The position numbers and the translations under genes were made by a program. DNA of 64,000 bases from Leucoraja erinacea (lineage: Eukaryota), in contig NC_073388.1 of assembly GCF_028641065.1 (NCBI RefSeq), forward strand, positions 56,668,001 through 56,732,000. The letters run 5' to 3'. The notes beneath the pieces are model-generated. The model ran no database searches and was not told where the DNA came from. It saw only the letters and a program-made list of their open reading frames with translations. Shown here piece by piece: positions 13,316 to 25,403 of this stretch. Numbering within the stretch: position 1 is the first letter of the stretch; every line of letters begins with the position of its first letter.

Positions 13316-13839
13316 CAATTATAGGAAGGATGTCAACAAAATAGAGAGAGTACAGGGGAGATTTACTAGAATGTTGCCTGGGTTTCAGCAACTAAGTTAC
13401 AGAGAAAGGTTGAACAAGTTAGGGCTTTATTCTTTGGAGCGCAGAAGGTTAAGGGGGGACGATAGAGGTCTTTAAAATGATGAGAGGGATAGACAGAGTT
13501 GACGTGGATAAGCTTTTCCCGCTGAGAGTAGGGAAGATTCAAACAAGGGGACATGACTTGAGAATTAAGGGACAGAAGTTTAGGGGTAACATGAGAGGGA
13601 ACTTCTTTACTCAGAGAGTGGTGGCTGTGTGGAATGAGCTTCCAGTGAAGGTGGTGGAGGCAGGTTCGTTTTTATCATTTAAAAATAAATTGGATAGTTA
13701 TATGGACGGGAAAGGAATGGAGGGTTATGGTCTGAGCGCAGGTATATGGCACATGGGGAGAATACGTGTTCGGCACGGACTAGAAGGGTCGAGAAGGCCT
13801 GTTTCCGTGCTGTCATTGTTATATGGTTATATATGGTTA
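13316..13839 (+). mobile_element. CR1/HER1-type LINE 3' fragment inserted in the AR exon 7 acceptor
   Basis: Colinear with the 4727 and 42362 copies. Tail (atatggttat)2 ends within ~10 nt of the exon 7 start. TATT on both flanks. Confidence 0.93.
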
Positions 13840-13849
13840 TATTTGGCAG

Positions 13850-14007
13850 TTCCAGTTGAAGGCCTGAAAAATCAGAAATACTTTGATGAGCTGCGTTTGA
13901 ACTACATACAAGAACTGGACAGAGTAATTTCCTTTCAGGGGAAGGATCCTACACATAATCCACAGCGTTTTTATCAACTAACCAAGCTCCTAGACTCCCT
14001 GCAAATA
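13850..14007 (+). CDS. ar: Androgen receptor exon 7 (LBD)
   Basis: Flanks ttggcag|TTCCA...CAAATA|gtaagt, 158 bp, phase matches exon 6. Translates [53 protein letters not shown] vs human [27 protein letters not shown]...[15 protein letters not shown]. Confidence 0.96.
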
Positions 14008-14419
14008 GTAAGTTGAGATTCTATTTAAAAGTACTTACATTTATTTCACTAGTAGCAATGCACATTTCTTGTGCTGACATTGACACGTTTATATTGTTCT
14101 TTATATCTCTATCCTTTCTATGTTGTACGTTGTGTCTGAAAACAAATTAAAATGTTGAATTTTGTGATACAATCAGGGCTACGTACAGGGTGTAAAATAA
14201 TCTAACCATGCATTTGTACAAAATATATATATATACATATGGATAAGTAATTAAAATTGAAAGTAGGAGATTTACCAGCTGATTCTTGCTTTAACAGGAT
14301 TGTCCTAAGGCAAAACTAATTGGGTTATATTCTTTGGAATTTAGAAAATAACATCTGTGCTTTTTGAGACATACAAGGTCCTGAGGGAACTTGACAGACT
14401 TGATATCAAGAATGAAGAA

Positions 14420-14790
14420 AGTTTAATTGTCATATACCCTGGGAACGAAATAATCAAATTTGTACTTGCTGCAGCTTTATAGACATATTAACAACACAAC
14501 AAAACAAATAAATATACAATTATCAATAATACTAGGTAACCGGACTACTGATAGTAGCAGCAAGATGAGAGTGTGGCCAGGATGATTTGTGTCTTTGATA
14601 TTATTTGCTGTGTTTTATTTTGAGGTAGCACTTCTTGTCGATCCCTTCGATGGTGGGCATGTCATTACCTACAATGGACCTAGTAATGTCCACCACTTTC
14701 TGCAGCCTCCATCGTTCTTGGGTGTTCGAGTTACCAGACCAAGCAGTGGTGCAACTAGTCAATATGCTTTCTATGCTGCAAGTTAGATGA
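14420..14790 (-). mobile_element. Decayed Rex1/Babar-like 3' fragment
   Basis: tttaattgtcat tail plus gtccaccactttctgcagcctcc-type coding remnant. Confidence 0.5.
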
Positions 14791-14864
14791 ACTTCACTAT
14801 TTTCAAACTGAGATATTGTTTGAATGCCCTCATGTTAAGGAAATACAGTATAACAATAGGCCAA

Positions 14865-15350
14865 ACACAAAGTGCTGGAGGAGCTCAACGGGTCAGGCAG
14901 AATCTTGGAAGGGAATGGACAAGTGATGTTTCGGGTCGCGACCCTTCTTTAGACTGATTGGAGTAAGTGGTAAAGAGCTGGAAAAGAGAGGTAGGGGTGG
15001 AACAAATCCTGGCAAGTGATAGGTGGATTGGCAGATGGTTAGAGTAAGTGCTAAAGGTGAAAATGAGACAAAAAGGTGACAGATAAGGAGAGGAGTACAA
15101 TGTAAAGCTGGAGGGAGGGATGTATGTGGAAGAGAACAGGGCGAGGAGATAAAAGGAGGATTAAAGAAAAATGGGGGACTCTGGATTGGGAGATGAGAGG
15201 AGAGAATAGAGCAGAGTGACTGCAGAGGGTGGGAGATGTTGGAGTACCGAATGCAGTAGACAAGATTTGAAGAGGTGCACTAAACTGTCTCATGTGGAAG
15301 AGCTGCTGCGGTCCCTAGATGGTAGTGAGAGGGGAGGGGTAGGTACAGGT
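14865..15350 (-). mobile_element. Decayed Penelope-like 3' fragment with degenerate hammerhead motif
   Basis: On -: cagtctaaagaagggtcgcgacccgaaacatcact plus a pyrimidine-rich UTR. Confidence 0.65.
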
Positions 15351-15485
15351 TCATAAGTTAGAGCACAATTAGGACATTCGGTCCATCAAATCTACTTTGC
15401 CATTCTCTCGTGGCTGATCTATCTTCCCCTCTCAACCCTATTCTCCTGCCTTCTCCCCATAACCCCTGACACCCCAACTAATCTC

Positions 15486-16300
15486 CCCAGGCCCGCAACC
15501 TTGGGGTGATCTTTGATTCCACCCTCTCCCTTGAGCCTCACATCCGCCATGTCATTAAAACCTCCTTCTTTCATCTCCGCAACATCGCCAAACTGACACC
15601 TACCGCTGCCGAAAAACTCATCCATGCCTTCATCTCCTCCCGACTGGACTACTGCAACTCACTTCTCCTTGGCATCAGCTCCACCTACATCAACTGACTC
15701 CAACTGGTCCAGAACGCAGCCGCCCGACTCATCACCCACACCAAATCCTGGCATCACATCACTCCAGTCCTCAAACAACTTCACTGGCTTCCCATCTCCC
15801 ACCGGATCAACTACAAAATCCTGATCCTCACCTACAAAGCCCTCCACCATCTGGCCCCCCCATATCTCACTGACCTCCTCTCCCCCTACCAACCTTCACG
15901 GTCCCTCAGATCCACATCAGCCGGTCTCCTCTCCATCCACAAGTCCAACCTCCGCAGTTTTGGGGACAGAGCCTTCTCCAGGGCAGCTCCCAGGCTCGGG
16001 AACTCCCACCCCCAACTGATCCACAATTCCGTGTCCCTCACCATCTTCCAGTCCCGCCTCAAGACCCATCTCTTTACCTCTGCCTATCCTTAGCCCCACG
16101 TCCCCCTCCCTTTTCATCTGTGCTTGATTTGCCTCATATTGTGTTTTGAATTGAATTCTGTCTTTAATTTGTGTACTAGTCATGTCTCTACTATTTATTT
16201 CATTCCCATTACATGTTTTTCCTCTACCTGCTAAATCTTTGTAAGGTGTCTTTGAGACTCTTGAAAGGCACCCATAAATAAAATGTATTATTATTATTAT
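15486..16300 (+). mobile_element. L2 LINE 3' fragment
   Basis: HAFISSRLDYCNSLL and VQNAAARLIT...HITPVLKQLHWLP motifs, tail ataaataaaatg(tat)n. Sits inside an older CR1 tail. Confidence 0.92.
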
Positions 16301-16600
16301 TAATCAAGAACTTGTCAATCTCCACCTTAAATCTCCTCAAATGTTACATCTTCTGTGATTGCATGGGAAAGCATCTGAGGAATCTGGTGGGCATATATTA
16401 ATATTTAATAACTGAATGTTGATTTAATTGTCTAATCTTGATGAATGGGGAAGGGCAACCTGCATGGTATGTTATTTGATTCCAGTTTCTTAAGTTTGCT
16501 TACAATTGTGTTCAATAGAGTATAAGAACATTAAAAAAGGAACAAAAAACGTTACGGCCCGTATTTACTACTTTTACCAGTTTATTTTTATATTTTACAG

Positions 16601-16756
16601 ACAGTGAGGAAACTTCACCAGTTTTCATTCGATCTCTTTGTTCAGTCTCAGTCTCTCAGCGTACAGTTCCCTGAAATGATGGCAGAAATAATCTCTGCCC
16701 AGGTACCAAAGATCCTCGCTGGTATGGCCAAACCGCTTCTTTTTCATGAACAATGA
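16601..16756 (+). CDS. ar: Androgen receptor exon 8, coding part (helices 11/12, AF-2, stop)
   Basis: Acceptor ttttacag|ACA. Translates [51 protein letters not shown], colinear with human IARELHQFTFDLL...[32 protein letters not shown] at 16754-16756. Confidence 0.97.
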   Translation, partial: TVRKLHQFSFDLFVQSQSLSVQFPEMMAEIISAQVPKILAGMAKPLLFHEQ

Positions 16757-19700
16757 CATTCATTGCTTATATATGTTATACTGCCTGTAACTCTGTACTA
16801 CCTAGAGTTTATCTTGTTTTCAACGTCTTCAGTTCAGTCAAATGCAGAATGATCTGATTTAGAAATGAAAAATCTTTTGCGAAATCTACCTTTATTTCCG
16901 GTGTTCGATTGACCACCTCGTTACAAAGTTGGTCATGTTATACCACCAATGTGGTAGGCAGGTTATAATCTTATTAACCAGTTGTTATGTTGGACCACAC
17001 AAATTACTGGATAATAATCTGGTTATATTTAGAAAAAAAAAGAACAGTTGCATTTACCTCTTCATCGGTCCATCAGAGTAGTTTCATTTTCTGATTTTTA
17101 CTTAAAGCTACCTACATTTGTTTTTGTTATTTTGAAACTACCTAGTGACCTGTTTTTTTTATTTTACATATCAGATATTAGTTTAGCCTGGTGTTAAAAT
17201 AGTGCCTCACATCATGTTACATTTATCAAATTATTTTTGTTAAATGCAAAATTTGATGTAAATTGCATTTTTTTTAAATTGCACTATGAATTTACTTTTC
17301 CTGAATACCAGAAAAAATGTATGTTATAGTAGTTGTGAGATGTTCCAAAATTCATAAATATTTTTTGAATTTCCAAAGAGGTACATAATATGATGGGCTT
17401 TTACATGCAATGATTTACTAGAATTCTTCCTCTCAGTTGAAACGCGTACGTTTGTAAATTAAAAATCATAGAATTTGTGCTTCTGAATCCCAACTATATC
17501 ATGTTTCACTTTTGAGGATTGCATAAGTTGTGGGTGCACTACGCTGCTTCTGTGCAAAATTTAGTATCTGACAGACATGTTCTGTTGATGGATTTGAACT
17601 TCCACCTGGTCAACAACATGCAGTAGTATTCCAAATTTGATATGTACCAAAGCCATTTTATACTTAAACTAGGATCCTGTGGTACCTTTTTTAAGTAACT
17701 ATGTAGTGCAATACCAACTGCATGTTTGGAACTTAAATCTGATTTATAATTCTTGATCATCAAGCCACAGTTGTTTTATTCTATACATACTTAATCAGAA
17801 ATAATATTTAGTGATTGAGCATCTTACCTTTAACTAAGACAGGTAAGTCCCACGAGGCAATACAATCCACACACTACTTAACTATGCAAGCATGCAAAAC
17901 ATTTTTCGTTGGTACGACAGTCTTTCGGGCTGTTGTTTGTATTTTCATTAGCACATCTTTGCCATATTTGTACTTGTCCCTTTTTTTAAATCTGTGCAAA
18001 AACACAAACAACATACTATAAAAACACTTCTGAAAATGTCCTTGTACATTTATCTGTAGCATGCCACATATTTGTGCCAGTTTGGTTTGCTGCAAACCAT
18101 TGAAATTCTTGCTCTTCTACAAAAATGAAGTATGAATATAGGTCACATGGTGAAAGCGGCTTGCATCTAAAGAAGGAAGACTTTATGCCAGTAAAAGCAG
18201 TTCAAAAGTAGAGTTTAAATAGTCCTTTTTTATTCTAGATATGAGCATGTTACTAATCATTTAGAGTTAACAAAACAAAACTGATGTAAATTTCCAAACT
18301 TCATTAATGTAGAGTAAAAGTATAAAGATAATGCATTTCTCCATTGGCAGTATTTTCAAAATTAAATGTCTTGTGTAAAAATGTTACTGTAGGCTTCACA
18401 GTTTTAAAAATAATACTTATTTCCGTCATCTGTGAATAGCACCAATGTACTGCGTACCTTGTTTGGACTCCTTTTGGATTTTTTTTTGTTCAGTGCAGCC
18501 AAAAGACAGGCTAAAGCTAGATGTACAATTCTATAAGCATATTCTTTAACAAAATATTGTATTTTTGAGGGATGGGAAGGATAGAGGAATGCACTTGTTC
18601 ATATTTTTAAGCATATTAAAAGGACTTGCTACTTATTTTAAAATGACTTAGTTTTTGCTTTCTTTGGGTGTGCAGGAAAGAGAATATTCTCTTGCCAGTG
18701 CAGGCTTAATTATTGTTGAGTTTGAGTTGCAATGTATCATAAAAGCCTTGAGGACTTGGTCATTGAATCCATGACTTTCAGTAACCTAGGTGGTTGTAGA
18801 TCTGGGAGCAAATAAAATCCTAAAACTTTTTTGTTTCACTTCTCTCACCAAAAATATAAATGGAATAGTTTTAGTTCTCCCAGAGAAAGAGATGTAAACT
18901 TCGAGACTTATGGGATGGACCAGTGTTTATTTTTTAAGTAAATAAATACTTAATGTTTACTCAATTTATCTTGCCAATTTTTTGGCTTCTAACACCATAA
19001 TCTTTGTAGTTTCAGCCATAATTTACTGCAGTTGATATTGTAAATCAAGAATAAATATAATGAATTCCTGTGTTAAATTCGAAAATATATCTTTTTCATT
19101 AGCCTTTTCTGGCTATGAAAGTGTTATGCAAAATTTCCAAATGTTGATGGTGAGTGCTGATATTTCAAAAATAGGGTTATGCTCAGTTAGGATGAATAAA
19201 TTGTTATGTAAATGTACAAATCTGTGTTACAGTGGTAATATGTTGCTAGTACTGCAAAAATAATGCATAGAATAGATATTTCTTGATTGAAGCACCACTC
19301 TGGCAATTAAAATGTTTCATTTATCTAGTCATTCCTGTGAAGTAGATGACACCCAATGTATAGGAAATAAACAGTTATTTGCCATGATGTTCCCTTAAAA
19401 AGCTATCCTTATTGATATGTCCGTTAATATGCATATGTTTGTGTTCCAATTTTTTTAATTTTTGGAGTTTATTCTTTTTGGAAAATTATTCCCAAGTGCT
19501 TACAAATACCTGTATATATTTCCCCTGCCTTAGCTGCCACAAATTTGGAGATACATTTGTAAGTGCCTTCACATATCTCTTAAAGTTAACAGGGAAAAAA
19601 TAGTCTATTGTGTTAGAATGCTACCAGACACTCATTAAAAATTAGTTTTAAAATATGTTTAACTGGAATAATGGCATTAGGTTTCTTTATCTGGGTGAAT

Positions 19701-20141
19701 TTTGCAGGGTATTTTCAGATTTTTTGTTCCATTTTAAAGTTTTCATTTCATGTTTCATTTTATGTTAATGACACCTACAGATTCATAAATCAAGACTATC
19801 ATTTTATAATTTTAGGTACAATGATATCAGTAAGCAAGTATTTCTGTTTTGGTGGTGACTTTGTAAGAGATGACCATAATGAAAATCAAATATCATTTGT
19901 TTTTTTCATTCCCAGTAACCTGCAGTGAGATTAGTTACCCCACAAGTCACATGAAACACTAATTTACCATTCACATCAATCCACCTTGATATGTGCTACC
20001 AGCAAAGAAATTCCCAGGCAAATTAACTTGGCGATCTCCTGCCAATTAAACACATGTATATTACAAATAATGACACTAAATAATATGTATCACAAGGCAA
20101 TAATACACGTTCAATGTAGAATAATAATACCATATTTTATA

Positions 20142-20238
20142 TGTCTGAAGAAGGGCCTTGACCCGAAACGTCACCTATTCCTTCGCTCCATAGATGCTGC
20201 CTCATCTGCTGAGTTTCTCCAGCATTTATGTCTACCTT
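20142..20238 (+). mobile_element. 97 bp Penelope-derived mini-element with 12 bp TSD
   Basis: TSD CCATATTTTATA at 20130-20141 and 20239-20250. Sequence matches the PLE 3' UTR. Confidence 0.85.
20143..20174 (+). ncRNA. Minimal type I hammerhead ribozyme motif
   Basis: GT-CTGAAGA-A-GGG(ccttga)CCC-GAAA-CG-TC-AC: core boxes intact, palindromic ACGT in place of helix III. Activity untested. Confidence 0.65.
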
Positions 20239-20962
20239 CCATATTTTATAATGTAATTTCCACGTGCATTATTGCCTTGTAACATATTTCCGTGGTAATT
20301 AATTCCCTATATGTTGTGACTAAAATGATTTTTCCTGAAGTGACATCACTATTGAAATAGCCATAATTGGGGAGTGTTAGGGGTACTTGGCAGTTGGGTG
20401 GAAAGGATGATAAGAGATCAGTTTAAAAGCACGTCCTTCGGAAAAATAAAGCTCAAACTTTGAAACTCAAGAATTATAAAATCATCTTTTAAAACCTCTT
20501 TGCAAATACAGCTTCAGATCTAAGTAGTTCCCGTATTTTGTTGTTTTATATTTCCAACATCTGCAGATGTTAGTTTTTGTTTTAAAATAGTATATTCTGT
20601 ATCTCACAACGTATAAAGGCCAAAATCTTTCTACTTGGCCTGTACTTTTACCAGTCATCTCAAATATGTTTCATGGTCCTTGAATAAAAGTTTACCAGAG
20701 AAGTATAATATTACATCCCTTGTTTTTTTCCAGGCAAAAACAGTCACTCTCCCAATATTTTGAGGGTATAAACCACATCTGACCAATACCATGTACTGAA
20801 TGAATGTATGCATCACCCCATTTTTAGTTTAAAGTCTGTCGATATTTAGAGTCTGTTTCTTTAATGGTCTGAGGATAGAAATGTTTTGTAAGAATAAGCA
20901 CCTTATAAGTGACCATTTTTGTCAGCCTTTTTGATTCATTTTTGTATTCTTGAGCATTTGTT

Positions 20963-20968
20963 AATAAA
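20963..20968 (+). terminator. Candidate AR polyadenylation signal
   Basis: AATAAA followed by CA and a T/GT-rich tract (cttctgtatattctattattgt). One of several candidates. Confidence 0.3.
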
Positions 20969-22494
20969 AGGAATATGCACACTTCTGTATATTCTATTAT
21001 TGTAGAGCAGTATATATGCCTTACATAGTTTTTGCAATGCAGTAATGCATTGTGTTGGAAAATGTTGCTGTAACATTGATACAGTGTTTTGTCTTTGTTT
21101 TATTATTTCTGTCTAAAAGTCTGTTTAATGTTAGAATGGTAGAGACCTTCAGGTTGCCTGCATCTGAGCAGGAAAAGATGAAGCAAATTGTAGGATTGCC
21201 ACAATAAGATGCATTTGTTCTGAGTGTTAACGTTATTGCTAAAAGTTCAGGAAAAGTATTAACAAGTTCTTCTGTTGGTATCAAGTCTGATTTTTGACAA
21301 CCTAAGCTGCATATGAGATGCTAAAGCTGTTGAAAGAAACAATGTTAAGAAACACATGCAGTTTTCATCATAGGAATATAAAAGAAAATTATGTTCTTTG
21401 AATTTTCAACAGATACAATTGTTTTTATTAATAACCCATTAAACCTTTTCAGGTTCAATAGAATGGTCACTGGTTGTTGTTATTGTTTAATAGCTGTACT
21501 AGTGTAGGGTTGGGTAGCCTCAGACCAAACAATCAAAGGAGGCACACAAGCTTTTAAATCACAATTAAATGTGGATAGAGCAGGAAAGTTATGATGCAGG
21601 TGTGAAGTTTTTGTTGTCACTGAACTACAGGTTGAACCATCCATTTTAAAGCTGTACAGCCTTTGACATACTTGACAGTACTGCAGGAATTAGTCACGAG
21701 CACACTCCATTAATGAACTAAGGGATCATTGATTGTTTTTTCCTACATAGATGATGCGAGATACCAACAGATGCAGCACCAGCAAGCATTTTTCAACTAT
21801 GTTTATTTTTGTAAGATGCAGTATATCTTATCTTTACCAACAGTGACATAGTTAATTGTATTAAAAAGATACCCTCAGAAAGGATAAATGATATGTGATT
21901 TGTACAAGAAAAAAATACATTATCTGGGAAATGCCCAAGGTACTGGAAAATAGATGTTTGTATATATCTTTAAAAGAGAAGGATTGCAAGGCAATGCATC
22001 AATTCACCAGCTAATGCCAATTACAAAACTGTACAATATGCGAGTCATTGTTTTCATTTGGGATGCTGACTGTTGGCGGAAGAGCCCAAAATCCTGATGT
22101 TTACTTCATGAGAAGGTTGGAAAATTTTTAACTGCATTTTCTGCAATATTCTCATGGAACCTAGCTCATTGGAAATGAACTAAAGGAAATGAACTATGGG
22201 AGATCACAGGTGAGATTCTAATTATTTCACCTCAATGTATAGTGTAAGGATGCTTTGGCTTCCTTTTATTAAAACATGAGCTAAAATGTGGATGGCATAT
22301 AATAACCTGATTTAGGAATGCCAGAGATAGTTGTGCTCTAAGATATATGTGCTGTATATTTGCGTTTACTAACCTTATGAAATTTCAGAACCAAAAATGC
22401 ATAGGACGCTTCATTTCAGAAATCTAATCCACCCCTTGATAGCAATGCGAGTAAAGCCTATCCCTTCATGCATGGTTGGTCTTCTTTTACGATA

Positions 22495-22770
22495 AAACAA
22501 ACTGCTGGAGGAATGCAGCAGGTCAGACAGCATTTGTGGAAGGAATTGTCTGACAACGTTTTCTGTCAGGACATTTCTTCACACTGGTTAAGTCGTATGT
22601 ACCTTCCTTACGTAGGTGATGCCTGACCAGATGAGTTCCCCTAACAGTTCATTTTTTACTCAAGATTCCAGTATCTACAGGCTCTTGTACCATCATCTAT
22701 CCATTCCCACATGTGCTGTCTGGCTCACTGAGTTCCTCCAGTAGTTTGTATTTTGCTCAAGAATCCAAAA
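22495..22770. mobile_element. Cluster of decayed Penelope 3'-end fragments (inverted and tandem)
   Basis: ctgctggagg..gcaggtcagacagcat (-) followed by two gatgcctgacc..gagttcc-like units (+). Confidence 0.55.
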
Positions 22771-22959
22771 TCAACATTTTCTTATCCCTCCTTTGGTCTT
22801 CCTTTTCTCCTCAGTATACACACTAAAATTAGTTGCCTAATTTGTGGCTTATAACATACATAATAGACACAAACTAAATTGAATTGCAATACTCAAATCA
22901 ATACATACTGTACTATTCAAATACGTTTCCAGGTCTATATCTACAAGCCATATGTTAAG

Positions 22960-23630
22960 TAATGGCGGCGACCCCTGCAGTCCATCTGTCCTTTTAAAAA
23001 CATTTTGTCCAGTTGTAGTTTGTTGTGGTTTTTTTATATTGTTTTTTAACTGTGTATGGGCGGGGGCGGGGGGGGGGGGGACTTTTGAATCTCCTCCCTG
23101 CATGAGAGACCCGACCTTTTGCCTGTCGGGTCTCCATTGTCGTTGGGGCCTAGCACCGTGGAGCGGGGCTCCAGTCGCTGAGCCTGCGGACTTACCATCC
23201 TGGGTGGCTTTGGAGCTGTGGTGACGCATGGCTGCGACTCGACTCCGGAGCTTCGGAGGCTCCAGCCGCAGGTCCGGTGGATGGTGACATCGGGAGCTCG
23301 CGGGTCCCTGTGGGAGACCGCTTTTTGGAGCTCCCGCGGCAGCAGTTTCTCCCGCCTGAGTTGCGGGGCTGAAGGCGACCTGACATCGCCCAGCGCGGCT
23401 TTAACGGCCGCAGGACTTACCATCGCCCGCCGGGGGCTTTGACATCGGGAGAGGATGGAGAGCAGGGGAGAGACAAGACTGCCTTCCATCACAGTGAGGA
23501 GGAGATTCACTGTGATGGATGTCTGTGTGAATTGAGTTGGTTGTGTGTCTTGTGGAATTATTCCTTTTTGTTGTATGACTGCAGAAACCAAAGTTCCTAA
23601 CGGAAAAATAAAGTTCATTGAATTGAACTG
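22960..23630 (+). mobile_element. GC-rich SINE-like element, copy A
   Basis: Starts aatggcggcg, then G-run, hairpin gagacccgac/gtcgggtctc, 13 bp 3' stem, AATAAA and (ttgaa)n tail. Confidence 0.75.
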
Positions 23631-24511
23631 CACTGCTGGTTTATTTTCAGGCTTGTTTTCTTTTTAGAAGTTACTTCGTTCTCTTGGACAAATAAAGGTT
23701 TTATACATTAGAAATGACAAACTACTTTAAATTTATGTAATGTTTTTGTGACATTTGTTTGCAATGTACATGGGTTGGTATTAGTTTATTATTATCCTGT
23801 GAACTGAGGTGCACTGCAAGAGTATTTTTCAGGCTATCCAGGCAAATCATACCATGCACAAGTAGTGCAAATCCATACCATGCACATCAGGTAGTGCAAA
23901 ACGGAAAATATATAATCTGGAATATAGTGTTACAGCCATAGAGAAAATGCAGATAAATAAAATATGCAAGGGCCACCACAAGGTAGATTGGAATATTCCA
24001 CATCAAGGCATCCTTCGGTTGTGGTAAGATTTGCATGTTATCATGGGTTACAAAGCAAAGTCAGGCAGAATTGCTGGCAGCAACAAATTGTCCCCTCTGC
24101 CCCTTGATCAGCTCAATGCATTCTATGCTTCTTTTGAACAGCAGTTCAATGGAATGATGTCATCATGAGGTGCACCAGTACAAACGGTCAGCTTTACAGA
24201 CATCAGGTATACCTTCCTAAATGTGAACTCACGGGAAACGACTGGCACACATTACTTCCAGTCTCCGAGAGAGCCTTGATCCACTGCAATTTCACCACCA
24301 CTGCAACACGGTGCACCACACCAAATGCCATCTCCCTGACCAGTCATACATCCCTGAAATACCTGGATGCGAAAGACTCCTATTGACCAAAGCTCTGCCT
24401 TCAACACCATAAATCCAACCAAAATCAAACTCCTCGACCGATGTCTCAGCACTCACCTCAGCACTGTATCATTGATCTCCTAACCCATAGACCATAATCA
24501 GACATGATGGG

Positions 24512-24760
24512 TCTTTACTCAGAGAGTGGTAGCGGTGTGGAATGAGCTTCCAGTGGAAGTGGTGGAGGCAGGTTCATTGGTATCATTTAAAAATAAATTG
24601 GATAGGCATATGGATGAGAAGGGAATGGAGGGTTATTGGTATGAGTGCAGGCAGGTGGGACTAAGGGGGGAAAAAAAAAATTGTTCGGCACGGACTTGTA
24701 GGGCCGAGATGGCCTGTTTCCGTGTTGTAATTGTTATATGGTTATATTATATGGTTATAT
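24512..24760 (+). mobile_element. CR1/HER1-type 3' fragment inside a decayed Rex1-like remnant (~24020-24850)
   Basis: [15 protein letters not shown]..., tail (atatggtt)n. Flanks encode SSAFNTINP-like RT remnants. Confidence 0.85.
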
Positions 24761-24937
24761 GGGTGACACAAATTTGTACATGATAATTCTCAACATCGGT
24801 GCTACCCAAATCTGCATGCTCAGCCCCTTACTATAGTCACCTTCAGCTCATAATGTTTACCATGATAAACTAATCGGATCTGCCTGCACATTATCTATAT
24901 CCCTCCAATCCCTGCATATCCATGTGTCTATCCAAAA

Positions 24938-25068
24938 TGTGTAGGAAAGAACTGCAGATGCTAGTTTAATTCTAATATAGACGCAAAAAGCTGGAGTACC
25001 TCAGTGGGTCAGGCAGCATCTCTGGAGAAAGGAATACGTGACATTCGGGTTGAGACCCTTCTTCAGAC
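24938..25068 (-). mobile_element. Penelope-derived mini-element with degenerate hammerhead
   Basis: On -: gtctgaagaagggtctcaacccgaatgtcac...gatgctgcctgaccc...agcatctgcagttc. Confidence 0.75.
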
Positions 25069-25403
25069 ATACATCACTTTATAAAATGTTAAAAGTAGAT
25101 TTATATCTCTACTTCTGTATTCAATTTCCATAGCTATAACCAAAATGTTGTTGTTTACAGCTATAGGAATAACACCTCATATTCCACCATGTTCGTCTAA
25201 AACCTGGCAGCAGGTTCACCTTAACCTGCTTCCCCTCGATCTTTTTATCCATCCAGATATTCCCACTTGTGCCTTCTTTTCCACAATATCCTGCTCACAC
25301 ACAATTTCTTCCTCACTCAATCCATCTGCCCATCACCCACAAACTCCTATTGGAACCCTCTCTTCAATTTTCTTATCCGCCCACACATAGTTGGTCCCTT
25401 ACT

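Larger units (their letters stand above)
16757..22450 (+). other. Putative long AR 3' UTR (end uncertain)
   Basis: AT/T-rich sequence directly after the stop, with only one recognisable ~100 bp insertion over ~5.7 kb. Several AATAAA motifs. Vertebrate AR mRNAs have long 3' UTRs. Confidence 0.55.

Noticed and set aside
16597-16604. Tandem acceptor acagACAG at exon 8
   Set aside because: The distal AG would shift the frame by 4 nt, while the proximal AG gives the conserved protein. No evidence of alternative use.
8004-16756. Exons as progesterone, glucocorticoid or mineralocorticoid receptor
   Set aside because: [24 protein letters not shown] and LHQFSFDL match AR better than other NR3C receptors.
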